A stretch of 32,000 nucleotides of DNA, taken from assembly GCF_000012905.2 (NCBI RefSeq), contig NC_007493.2, forward strand, positions 2,370,001-2,402,000, written 5' to 3'. This document shows, one piece after another, positions 7,934-15,330 of the stretch (its first letter is position 1; every line of letters starts with the position of its first letter). The notes under the pieces were generated by a model. That model had not been told where the DNA came from. It did no database searches and worked only from the letters and a program-made list of their open reading frames with translations. The position numbers and the translations under genes are program-made. This DNA is from Cereibacter sphaeroides 2.4.1. Its GTDB lineage: Bacteria; Pseudomonadota; Alphaproteobacteria; Rhodobacterales; Rhodobacteraceae.

Positions 7934-9952
7934 TCAGCCCTTCCTGCTCACGATGAAATTGTCGTTCCCGTCGCGGACCGCGGTCCAGCCGTCGGGCACC
8001 AGCGTCGTCGTCGAATAGCCCTCGATCAGCGCCGGGCCCTCGACCGGGGTGTCGGGGGCCAGCGAGGGGGCGCTCACCACCAGAACGTCGCGCGGCCCCT
8101 CGCTCGTGTGCAGCTGGGCGGTCTGGCGGGCGGGCCGGTCGGGCAGCTCCTTCTCGCTCAGAAGCGGCAGGCTCTCGATGGGCCGGGTCGCCTCGAGGCG
8201 GAAGCCCACGATCTCGATGGCCTGTCGGGCCGAGGCGCCGTGCAGATAGACCCGGTGGTGGGCCGCGATGAAATCCTCGACCAGCCGCTCGCGGGTCAGC
8301 CCTGGCAGCGCCTCGCGGTCGATGTCCACCGCGATCTCGAAGGCCTGGCCCACGAAGCGCATGTCGGCCACGAACTTGAAGCTCAGCGCGCCCGCGATGC
8401 CATAGTCGCGGAAATCGCCTTCGGCCTCGGCCACCATCTGCGCGTAGAGGTCGCGCACCACATCGGAAGCTGCCGCATCGACCGGCGTGCGGCGGGTGAT
8501 CGTGTAGATCTTCGAGAAATCCGAGGCGATCAGCCCGTAGGCCGAGAGGACGCCCGCGTTCGGCGGAACGAGCACGCGGTCGAGCCCGAGCTCCTCGGCC
8601 ACCTCGACCGCCATCAGGGGCCCGGCCCCGCCGAAGGGCACCAGCGCATAGTCGCGCGGGTCGTGGCCCTTCTCGGTCGAGATGAGCTGGATCGCCCGCA
8701 CGATATTGGCCGCCGCCAGCCGCAGCGCCGCATTGGCCGCCTGCGGGATGCTCATGCCCAGACGTTCGGCGAGCGGGGCGAAGGCCGCCTCGGATTTCTC
8801 GCGCAGGATCTCCATCGTGCCGCCGAGGAAGGCCTCGGGGCGGATGGTGCCGCGGATCACATGCGCGTCGGTGATGGTGGGCAGCGTCCCGCCGCGGTTG
8901 TAGCAGGCCGGCCCCGGCACGGCGCCCGCACTGCGGGGGCCCACGCGCAGCATGCCGCCGTCGTCGATCCAGATCAGGCTGCCGCCGCCCGCACCGATGG
9001 TCGCGATGTCGAGCACCGGCGTGCGCACCGGCAGCCCGTCGAGCACCGTGTCGGGCGAGATGCCGGGCCGCCCTTCGGTCACGAGGCAGACGTCGGTCGA
9101 GGTGCCGCCCATGTCGAAGGTGATGAGATGGCCCGCGCCCGAGCGCGAGGCCTGCCGCGTAGCGCCGACGACCCCGGCCGCGGGCCCCGAGAAGAGGGCC
9201 GAGATCGCATTGCGCCGCATCCCGGTAACGGGCAGGCGCCCGCCGTTCGACTGCATCACCGACAGCCGCTGGCCGAAGCCGCGCTCGGACAGTTTTTCCT
9301 CGAGCCGCAGCAGATAGGCGTCGATCACCGGCTGCACATAGGCGGCCAGCGTCGTGGTCGAGGCGCGCTCGAACTCGCGGAACTCGCGGCTGACGTCGGA
9401 GGAGCAGGTGACGAAGGTGCCCGGCAGAGCCGCCTCGAGGGCCGCCTGAAGCGCCCGCTCGTGATCGGGATTGGCATAGGAGGAGAGAAGGCAGATCCCC
9501 ACCGCCTGATAGTCGCCCGCGCGCAGCTGCGGCACGAGATCGGCCGCGGCCGCCTCCACATCGAGCGGCAGGATCACCTCGCCCGCGGCATCGACCCGCT
9601 CGGCCACCTCGAAACAGTCGCGCCGCTCGACCACCGGTACCGGGCGCTGGTAGCGCAGGTCGTAGATGTTCAGCCGGTCGTGGCGCTGCAGATGCAGGAT
9701 GTCGCGGAACCCTTCGGTGGTGATGAAGGCGACCTTCGCCCCCTTCCGCTCGAGCAGCGCATTGGTCGCGACCGTGGAGCCGTGCACGAAATCCCGCGAG
9801 CTCTCCAGCGCAAGCCCCGCCCCTTCCACCGCGTTCATCACGCCGATGTCCGGGCTGTGCGGCGTGCTCGGCACCTTCGTCAGCACGATGCGGCCGTCCT
9901 CGACCGCCACCAGATCGGTGAAGGTCCCGCCCACTTCCACTCCGACTCGCAT
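7934..9952 (-). CDS. Hydantoinase/oxoprolinase family protein (HyuA-like), about 672 aa
   Basis: ORF 7934..9976. I prefer the internal ATG at 9952 (MRVGVEVGGTFTDLV...) because GGGAGGGG lies 3 nt upstream. The ATG at 9976 is the alternative. The GGTFTD and later DMGGTSTD motifs are the ASKHA-type ATPase signatures of A subunits. Confidence 0.92.
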   Translation of the reverse strand: MRVGVEVGGTFTDLVAVEDGRIVLTKVPSTPHSPDIGVMNAVEGAGLALESSRDFVHGSTVATNALLERKGAKVAFITTEGFRDILHLQRHDRLNIYDLRYQRPVPVVERRDCFEVAERVDAAGEVILPLDVEAAAADLVPQLRAGDYQAVGICLLSSYANPDHERALQAALEAALPGTFVTCSSDVSREFREFERASTTTLAAYVQPVIDAYLLRLEEKLSERGFGQRLSVMQSNGGRLPVTGMRRNAISALFSGPAAGVVGATRQASRSGAGHLITFDMGGTSTDVCLVTEGRPGISPDTVLDGLPVRTPVLDIATIGAGGGSLIWIDDGGMLRVGPRSAGAVPGPACYNRGGTLPTITDAHVIRGTIRPEAFLGGTMEILREKSEAAFAPLAERLGMSIPQAANAALRLAAANIVRAIQLISTEKGHDPRDYALVPFGGAGPLMAVEVAEELGLDRVLVPPNAGVLSAYGLIASDFSKIYTITRRTPVDAAASDVVRDLYAQMVAEAEGDFRDYGIAGALSFKFVADMRFVGQAFEIAVDIDREALPGLTRERLVEDFIAAHHRVYLHGASARQAIEIVGFRLEATRPIESLPLLSEKELPDRPARQTAQLHTSEGPRDVLVVSAPSLAPDTPVEGPALIEGYSTTTLVPDGWTAVRDGNDNFIVSRKG

Positions 9953-9984
9953 CGCCCCTCCCGCTTCGTTGAACATTTTGGCCG

Positions 9985-10013
9985 ATTAAATTCATTTTTT
10001 TGCCGACCATCAA
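9985..10013 (-). promoter_or_regulatory. Candidate sigma70-type promoter of the hyu-TRAP operon
   Basis: The minus strand reads TTGATG (10013-10008), 17 nt, then TTTAAT (9990-9985). This places a start site roughly 25-30 nt upstream of the ATG at 9952. It lies inside the AT-rich tract. Confidence 0.35.
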
Positions 10014-10076
10014 CGTTTATTTTCTTTTTGATGAAGATTTCCAGATTTACTTTCAGTTTTTCCATGCTTATGCCTT

Positions 10077-10093
10077 GGAAACTGGCAGTTTCC
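10077..10093. promoter_or_regulatory. Perfect 8-1-8 palindrome GGAAACTG-G-CAGTTTCC, candidate operator
   Basis: Seen directly in the sequence. It lies at the GC-rich edge of the AT-rich divergent region, about 100 nt upstream of the XRE-cupin regulator ATG. Confidence 0.35.
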
Positions 10094-10191
10094 CGTTGGC
10101 GCGGGGGCTCCCGACCACCTCCTGCGCTCTGCGGCGGAGCCCTGGCGGCGGCTGCCGCGTTCGTGTCCGTTCCAAACCGGAGCTTGCGCTC

Positions 10192-10827
10192 ATGAATTCC
10201 AACCATCTGATTGGCCAGCGCCTGCGTCAGATCCGGAAGAACCTCGCCCTCTCGCTGTCCGGCCTGTCGGAACGGTCGGGCGTCTCCGTGGGGACGCTCA
10301 GCCAGCTCGAGCGCGGCCTGGGCCGGCCCTCGCTGCGCACGATCGAGCGGATCTCGCAGGCCCTGGGCGTGCCGCCCTTCTGGCTGCTCGAGATGCCCGA
10401 CCAGCACAACCCCGAGCACGACCAGATGATCGTCCGCTCGGGCCAGGGCGTGCAGCTGACGGTGACCGAGCCCGGCATGACGAAGACGCTGGTCACGCCG
10501 CGCAGCTTCGATGCCATGCAGCTCATGACCGTGGTGATGGAGCCCGGCAGCAAGTCCGGCGCGGGCTTCTACCGGCACGAGGGCATCGATGTGGGCTACA
10601 TCCTGTCGGGCTCGCTTAACCTCGAGGTCGACGGGCGCACCCATGTGCTTTCGGCGGGCGACTGCTTCGCCTTCGACAGCCAGCTGCCGCACCGGTTCGA
10701 GAACCGCGGCGGCAGCCGTGCCGAAGTTCTCTGGATCAACACCAAGTCCCGCCTGAACGGTCTGCCGCCGCTGGAACCTGCGACCGCCGAGCCGAGGCCC
10801 GACCCCGCCGCCTCCGGCGAGATCTAG
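10192..10827 (+). CDS. XRE-family HTH plus C-terminal cupin transcriptional regulator (PuuR-like architecture), 211 aa
   Basis: This is the C-terminal 211 codons of ORF 10000..10827, starting at MNSNHLIGQRLRQIRKNLALSLSGLSERSGVSVGTLSQLERG (the HTH_3 pattern begins at residue 6). GGAG lies 9 nt upstream. The cupin part reads GFYRHEGIDVGYILSGSLNLEVDGRTHVLSAGDCFAFDSQLPHRFEN. Confidence 0.88.
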   Translation: MNSNHLIGQRLRQIRKNLALSLSGLSERSGVSVGTLSQLERGLGRPSLRTIERISQALGVPPFWLLEMPDQHNPEHDQMIVRSGQGVQLTVTEPGMTKTLVTPRSFDAMQLMTVVMEPGSKSGAGFYRHEGIDVGYILSGSLNLEVDGRTHVLSAGDCFAFDSQLPHRFENRGGSRAEVLWINTKSRLNGLPPLEPATAEPRPDPAASGEI

Positions 10828-10833
10828 GCCGCG

Positions 10834-11778
10834 ATGGCGCAGGCCCGCCGCCTCGTCCGCCCTCTGGATGCCGCGGGCCTCGCGATCATGCTGGGCCTGT
10901 GCCTCGTCTGGGGGTTCCAGCAGGTCGCGATGAAGGCGATGGCGGGCGCGGCCGACCCTCTGCTGCAGGTGGCCGTCCGCTCCAGCGGGTCGGCGGTGCT
11001 GGTCTGGGCCTACAGCCGCTTCTGGCGCCGCGACCGCTGGCTTGCGGGCCTGACCTGGCGCGAGGGGCTGCTGGTGGGCGCCCTCTTCGGCGTCGAATAT
11101 CTGTTCGTGGGCATCGGGCTGCGCCATGTCGGCTCGGGCCTCATGTCGATCCTGCTCTATACCGCGCCGCTGTTCGTCGCCGTGTCGCTGCATCTCACGC
11201 TGCGCGAAGAGCGGCTGACGGGGCGGCAGTGGATCGGCTGCCTGCTCAGCTTCGCGGGGGTGGTGGTGATCTTCCTGCGCCCGGGCGAGGCTTTGCGCGG
11301 CGAGGAGGGGGCGGCGCTTCTCCTCGCAGGCTCGCTCTGCGCGCTGCTCGCGGGCTTCTGCTGGGGGATGACGACCGTCGCGGTCCGGCTCACCCGGCTC
11401 TCCGGTGCGCCCTTCGCCCAGACCCTGTTCTACCAGCTTCTAGGCGGCGCGCTCTGCGCCTGGCCCGTGGTGCTGGCGGAGGGCCGGACCGGCTGGGCGG
11501 GAGGCCTCGATCTCTGGCTGCTGACCTTCTACCAGACGGTCATCGTCTGTTTCGCGAGCTACCTCGTGTGGTTCTGGCTGCTCCAGCGCTATCTCGCCTC
11601 GCGGCTCGGCGCCATGTCGCTCCTATCGCCGGTCTTTGCCGCGGCCCTCGGCGCGGCCCTTCTGCGCGAGCCGCTGACGCCGGGCTTTCTGCTGGCCACC
11701 GCGCTGATCGTGGCGGGGCTGGTGACGGTGATGCTGCACGACCGTCGCGAGCGCCCCCGCCTCCTGCCGCCGCGATAG
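10834..11778 (+). CDS. DMT superfamily (EamA-type) transporter, 314 aa
   Basis: ORF track. Ten-helix hydrophobic pattern with a two-EamA-repeat look. It starts 6 nt after the regulator stop. Confidence 0.85.
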   Translation: MAQARRLVRPLDAAGLAIMLGLCLVWGFQQVAMKAMAGAADPLLQVAVRSSGSAVLVWAYSRFWRRDRWLAGLTWREGLLVGALFGVEYLFVGIGLRHVGSGLMSILLYTAPLFVAVSLHLTLREERLTGRQWIGCLLSFAGVVVIFLRPGEALRGEEGAALLLAGSLCALLAGFCWGMTTVAVRLTRLSGAPFAQTLFYQLLGGALCAWPVVLAEGRTGWAGGLDLWLLTFYQTVIVCFASYLVWFWLLQRYLASRLGAMSLLSPVFAAALGAALLREPLTPGFLLATALIVAGLVTVMLHDRRERPRLLPPR

Positions 11779-12041
11779 CGGGCCACGGACGCTCCCCGGC
11801 CCGGAGAAGATGACGAAGACAGTCGCCGCCCGCCGTGGACCGCGAGGGCCCTGGTGCTGCCGGCCGGAAGTCACCGCAGATCGGGCGCCGCGGCCAGATA
11901 GGCCGCGCGGCGGCAGACGGCCCGGGACAAGAGGGTCCGAGGCCGCCTGCGGCGATCCGCCGTCTGCGCGACTCTCCCCCGGCCGTGCCATCCTGTTCGA
12001 CGTGAGAAAGTGATGGCTTGCAGGTAACCCTGTCGGCGCCG

Positions 12042-12123
12042 CCCTCGGGGGCGCGAGCGGCTGGCAGCGCGCCCCGAGGGGCGTGAGAGCGGGGTGGCCG
12101 GTCCCGGTGCGGACCCGCCACCC
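12042..12123 (+). other. Two adjacent strong stem-loops in a non-coding gap (strand of any transcript unknown)
   Basis: H1: 12042-12050 CCCTCGGGG pairs with 12072-12080 CCCCGAGGG, and 4 further bp form after a bulged G (12-nt loop). H2: 12092-12098 GGGTGGC pairs with 12117-12123 GCCACCC, with inner GGTCC/GGACC (6-nt loop). Neither is followed by a U-tract on either strand. Confidence 0.4.
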
Positions 12124-12304
12124 TGCGCGGGCCTCCCGGATCCCCCTGGCTTCTGCAACCGCCTGCCCTCTCCCGACCTTCGAGGCTGCTTGCCGCGGCT
12201 TTTCCGTTGCCGGCCGCGGTGTTGGTGCCGCTGGACCTTCAGGAAAGTCTGGCAATTCCCTCGCCTTCCGGCAACTGTGGGCTGCGGGACGGAGAGGGTT
12301 CGGA

Positions 12305-13933
12305 GTGTTGTGGTTGAGATCGTCCGCGGGACGTGAAGGCGGCGCGGGCGCGCCATTGTGGCTTGTCTGGCCGCTCGCGGTGGCGGGATATGTGCTGATG
12401 GGCCGCCTCGGCCTCGTGACGGCCATGCCGCCCACCGGCGCGGTCGTGCTCTGGCCGCCGAACGCGGTGCTTCTCACCGCTCTCCTCGCCTCAGCCCCCC
12501 GCCACTGGCCCGTCGTTCTTCTCGGAGGCGTCGCAGCCGAGGTCGCCGTCAACTGGCACACGCTGCCGATCGCCTGGGCGCTGGCCTTCGGCACCGTCAA
12601 TGCCGCCGAATCCACCCTTGCGGCCAGCCTCCTCAGACGCTTCTCCGATGGGCCCGTGCGGCTCGACGGGCTTGCCGCCGTCGTCCGCTTCGTGCTGCTG
12701 GCCCCGCTCGCGGCATCGGCCACCGCGGCACTGGCCGGAGCCGCGCTCATCGCTCTGCGCTTTCCCGAGGTCGATTACCTGCACACCTGGCAGGTGTTCT
12801 GGCTCGGCGACGGGTTGGGACTGCTGATCGTCGGGACGACCCTTCTCGTCTGGCTCGCCCCCCGCGCTGCACCCGAGGCGAGGATCCGGGGCCGCGGGCT
12901 CGAGGGGCTTGTCCTTGCGGCGGGCCTACTCTTCGTCTCGGTGCTGACGCTCCGCCTCGATGCCGATCTGGGCCGCCTCTACCTGCTCTTCCCGTTCCTC
13001 GTCTGGACGGCGCTGCGCTTCGGCATGAAGGGGGCCACGCTCGCCATCCTGTCGATGACCGGCGTCGCGACCTGGGCGATGATGGACGGCCGCGGCCCCT
13101 TCGTGGATCTCGCCGGGATCGATCAGGTGGCGGCGAGGCAGGTGCTGATTGCGGTGGTGGCTCTCTCCACCTTCATCCTCGCCGTGGCGGCCGACGAGCG
13201 TCGGCGGGTCACCCGGCGGCTTCTCCAGTCGGTGCGCGAGCTGGAGCAGGCCCGCTTCGATCTGGAGCGGATGAACGCGGACCTCGACGAGATCGTGACC
13301 GAGCGCACCCGCGCGCTCCGCAGCACCCTCGCCCGGAACGAGATGCTGTTGCGCGAGGTGCATCACCGGGTGAAGAACAACCTTCAGCTCATCTCGAGCC
13401 TCGTGGCGCTGCAGCGGCGCGGCGTGCAGGAGCCCGCGATGCGCGAACGGATGGCGCGGATCCAGGGCCAGATCGGCGCCATCGCCAAGACCTACGACCT
13501 GCTCCACCAGTTCGGCGCCAGCGAGACGGTGGACTTCGGCCCGTTCGTGCCGGCGCTCTGCGCCGCCATCGAGGGGGCCGAGGGCGGGCGCGCCCGCATC
13601 GAGGCCGAGCTGCAGGGCAGCGCGCAGGTCTCGGCCGACAGTGCCATCGCCCTCTCGCTCGCGCTGAACGAACTGGTGACCAATGCGCTGAAACATGCAG
13701 GCCCCACGCCCCGTATCCGCGTGGCCTGCGGCCGGGAGGGAGATGCGCTCGTGCTGCGGGTCGAGGATGACGGGCCGGGATTGCCCGAGGGCTTCGATCT
13801 GACAGCGCAGGCAGGCTTCGGCGTGCGGATGGTGGCGGGCCTCATCGGGCAGGCCGGCGGCACGATCCGCACGCTTGCAACCGAAGGCGGCGCGGCCTTC
13901 GAGATCCGCGTGCCGGTGACCGGCGCCGCCTGA
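12305..13933 (+). CDS. Sensor histidine kinase: N-terminal MASE1 membrane domain, coiled-coil linker, HisKA_2/HWE-type kinase core with HATPase
   Basis: ORF 12083..13933. MASE1-like helices start at LWLVWPLAVAGYVLMGRLGLVTAMPPTGAVVLWPPNAVLLTALL. The H-box is EVHHRVKNNLQLISSLVALQ and the ATPase N-box is LNELVTNALKH. The start is uncertain: GTG at 12305 follows GGAGAGGG by 6 nt, while the first in-frame ATG would cut the first helix. Confidence 0.85.
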   Translation: MLWLRSSAGREGGAGAPLWLVWPLAVAGYVLMGRLGLVTAMPPTGAVVLWPPNAVLLTALLASAPRHWPVVLLGGVAAEVAVNWHTLPIAWALAFGTVNAAESTLAASLLRRFSDGPVRLDGLAAVVRFVLLAPLAASATAALAGAALIALRFPEVDYLHTWQVFWLGDGLGLLIVGTTLLVWLAPRAAPEARIRGRGLEGLVLAAGLLFVSVLTLRLDADLGRLYLLFPFLVWTALRFGMKGATLAILSMTGVATWAMMDGRGPFVDLAGIDQVAARQVLIAVVALSTFILAVAADERRRVTRRLLQSVRELEQARFDLERMNADLDEIVTERTRALRSTLARNEMLLREVHHRVKNNLQLISSLVALQRRGVQEPAMRERMARIQGQIGAIAKTYDLLHQFGASETVDFGPFVPALCAAIEGAEGGRARIEAELQGSAQVSADSAIALSLALNELVTNALKHAGPTPRIRVACGREGDALVLRVEDDGPGLPEGFDLTAQAGFGVRMVAGLIGQAGGTIRTLATEGGAAFEIRVPVTGAA

Positions 13934-13936
13934 GGC

Positions 13937-14653
13937 TCAGAGCCCGAGGCGGCGGAGACCCCGATCCGTCGCGGCCCGCAGTCCGAGCGTCATCGCCGCC
14001 AGAACCGCCAGCGCCGCGAACATGAGGTCGGTCTTCATCCGTGCGTTGGCGAGCAGCATCAGATGGCCGAGCCCCGCCGAGGATCCCACCCATTCGCCGA
14101 TCACCGCCCCGATGGGCGCATAGACCGCCGCGATGCGGAGGGCCGCCGCCAGATGCGGCAGCGCATGGGGCAGCCGCAGCCACACCAGCGTCCGCCAGCG
14201 CGGCGCCCGCGCGAGCCGCGCCAGATCGAGCGCGGCCTCGGGCGTGGCGCGCAGCCCGTCATGCAGGGCCGAGGCCACCGGGAAGAAGGTGATGAGCACC
14301 ACCACCGCCACCTTCGAGCCCATCCCGTAACCCAGCCAGAGCGTGAGGATCGGCGCCAGCGCGAAGACCGGCACCGCCTGACTGAGCACGAGGAGCGGGC
14401 GCAGAAGCCGCTCCACCTGCGTGGAAAGCGCCGTCGCCAACCCCGCGGCCAGCCCGATCAGCAGCCCGAGCCCGAGGCCCAGCAGGATCTCGGCCAGCGT
14501 GGCGAGACCGTTCCGCGCAAGCATCCCGCGGTTCTCCGCCAGCGCGCGCAGCACCGCGGCGGGGCCGGGCAGGATATAGGGCGGCGCGCCCGAGAGGCTC
14601 ACGACCGCCTGCCAGAGCGCCAGCAGCGCGAGGCCCGTCGCGAGCGCCCTCAT
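13937..14653 (-). CDS. ABC transporter permease (NitT/TauT family; ThiX-like pyrimidine-precursor importer component), 238 aa
   Basis: This is the C-terminal part of ORF 13937..14767, starting at MRALATGLALLALWQAVV (ATG 14653). The ATGA overlaps the upstream ATPase stop. It is the last gene of the riboswitch-controlled thi operon. Confidence 0.85.
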   Translation of the reverse strand: MRALATGLALLALWQAVVSLSGAPPYILPGPAAVLRALAENRGMLARNGLATLAEILLGLGLGLLIGLAAGLATALSTQVERLLRPLLVLSQAVPVFALAPILTLWLGYGMGSKVAVVVLITFFPVASALHDGLRATPEAALDLARLARAPRWRTLVWLRLPHALPHLAAALRIAAVYAPIGAVIGEWVGSSAGLGHLMLLANARMKTDLMFAALAVLAAMTLGLRAATDRGLRRLGL

Positions 14654-15330
14654 GCCGCAAGCCGCGCCATCAGCGCCTCGGCCTCGGCTGCAAGCGCGGG
14701 CAGCGGGCGCGGCACCGGCCCGTCGGGCAGCGACACGGGCCGGAGCCTGCCTTCCTCCAGAAGCCACACCCGATCGCCCAGCCTCAGCGCCTCGAGCGGG
14801 TCGTGGGTGACCATCAGGACGGCGGTCCCGGCGAGGCGCGCGCAGGCCAGATCCTGCATCCGCCGCCGCGTGGCGGGATCGAGCGCCGAGAAGGGCTCGT
14901 CCAGCAGCGCCAGCGGCGCCTCCTCCATCAGCGCGCGCGCCAGCGCCACCCGCTGCCGCTGCCCGCCGGACAGGCTGGCCGGACGCCGCGCCTCGAGCCC
15001 CTCGAGGCCCACCGCCGCCAGAAGCGCCCGCGCCCGCCCCTCGTCCAGAGGCGCCCCCGACAGCCGCTGCCCGATAAGCACATTGCCCAGAAGGTTCGCG
15101 CGCTCCTGCAGCAGATCCTGCTGCGCCATCCAGGCGATGCGCGGCGGCGCCGAGATCCGGCCCTCGAAGCGCGCCGCGGTGGGCAGGCCCGCGAGGAGCC
15201 GCAGGATCGTGCTCTTGCCCGCGCCGGACGGCCCCAGCAGGCAGGTCCAGCCCGGCGCGAGCTGCAGGTCGAGGTCGCGGAAGAGGGGGCGGCCCGCCAG
15301 AGTGGCCGAGCCCTCGATGCCGAACGCCAT
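14650..15330 (-). CDS. ABC transporter ATP-binding protein (ThiZ-like), 226 aa
   Basis: This is the C-terminal part of ORF 14650..15486, starting at MAFGIEG (ATG 15330). Walker A is GPSGAGKST, the signature is LSGGQRQR, and Walker B is LLDEP. Its start codon shares 1 nt with the upstream stop. Confidence 0.88.
   Translation of the reverse strand: MAFGIEGSATLAGRPLFRDLDLQLAPGWTCLLGPSGAGKSTILRLLAGLPTAARFEGRISAPPRIAWMAQQDLLQERANLLGNVLIGQRLSGAPLDEGRARALLAAVGLEGLEARRPASLSGGQRQRVALARALMEEAPLALLDEPFSALDPATRRRMQDLACARLAGTAVLMVTHDPLEALRLGDRVWLLEEGRLRPVSLPDGPVPRPLPALAAEAEALMARLAA

Noticed and set aside
10083-10100. A sigma-54-like TGGCAG ... TTGGC element overlapping the palindrome.
   Set aside because: The GG and GC dinucleotides are 12-13 nt apart instead of the required GG-N10-GC spacing, and no enhancer-binding protein gene is nearby.
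10000-10191. An in-frame 64-codon N-terminal extension of the XRE-cupin regulator (MPTINVYFLFDEDFQIYFQFF...) starting in the AT-rich tract.
   Set aside because: The extension is AT-rich and then Arg/Gly/Cys-rich with non-genomic codon usage. The HTH domain begins right after the ATG at 10192, which has its own GGAG. The open frame here is most likely chance.
5741-10195. A 1484-aa plus-strand ORF, the longest in the window, which could be mistaken for a giant novel protein.
   Set aside because: It runs antisense to the hyuB-like and hyuA-like genes in the codon-aligned frame: its triplets and theirs all start at coordinates congruent to 2 mod 3. In that frame an antisense stop requires the sense codons TTA, CTA or TCA, which are nearly absent in a high-GC3 genome. 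The product is a low-complexity Arg/Gly/Asp/His/Ala string with no motif, while the opposite strand encodes unmistakable hydantoinase subunits.
12094-12336. An 80-aa Cys-rich plus-strand ORF (7 Cys) in the non-coding gap, a possible small secreted or RiPP-like peptide.
   Set aside because: There is no SD. Third-position GC is only about 74 percent by my count, below the neighbouring genes. The ORF overlaps the probable kinase start, has no signal peptide, and no modifying enzyme is nearby. It is most likely a chance ORF.
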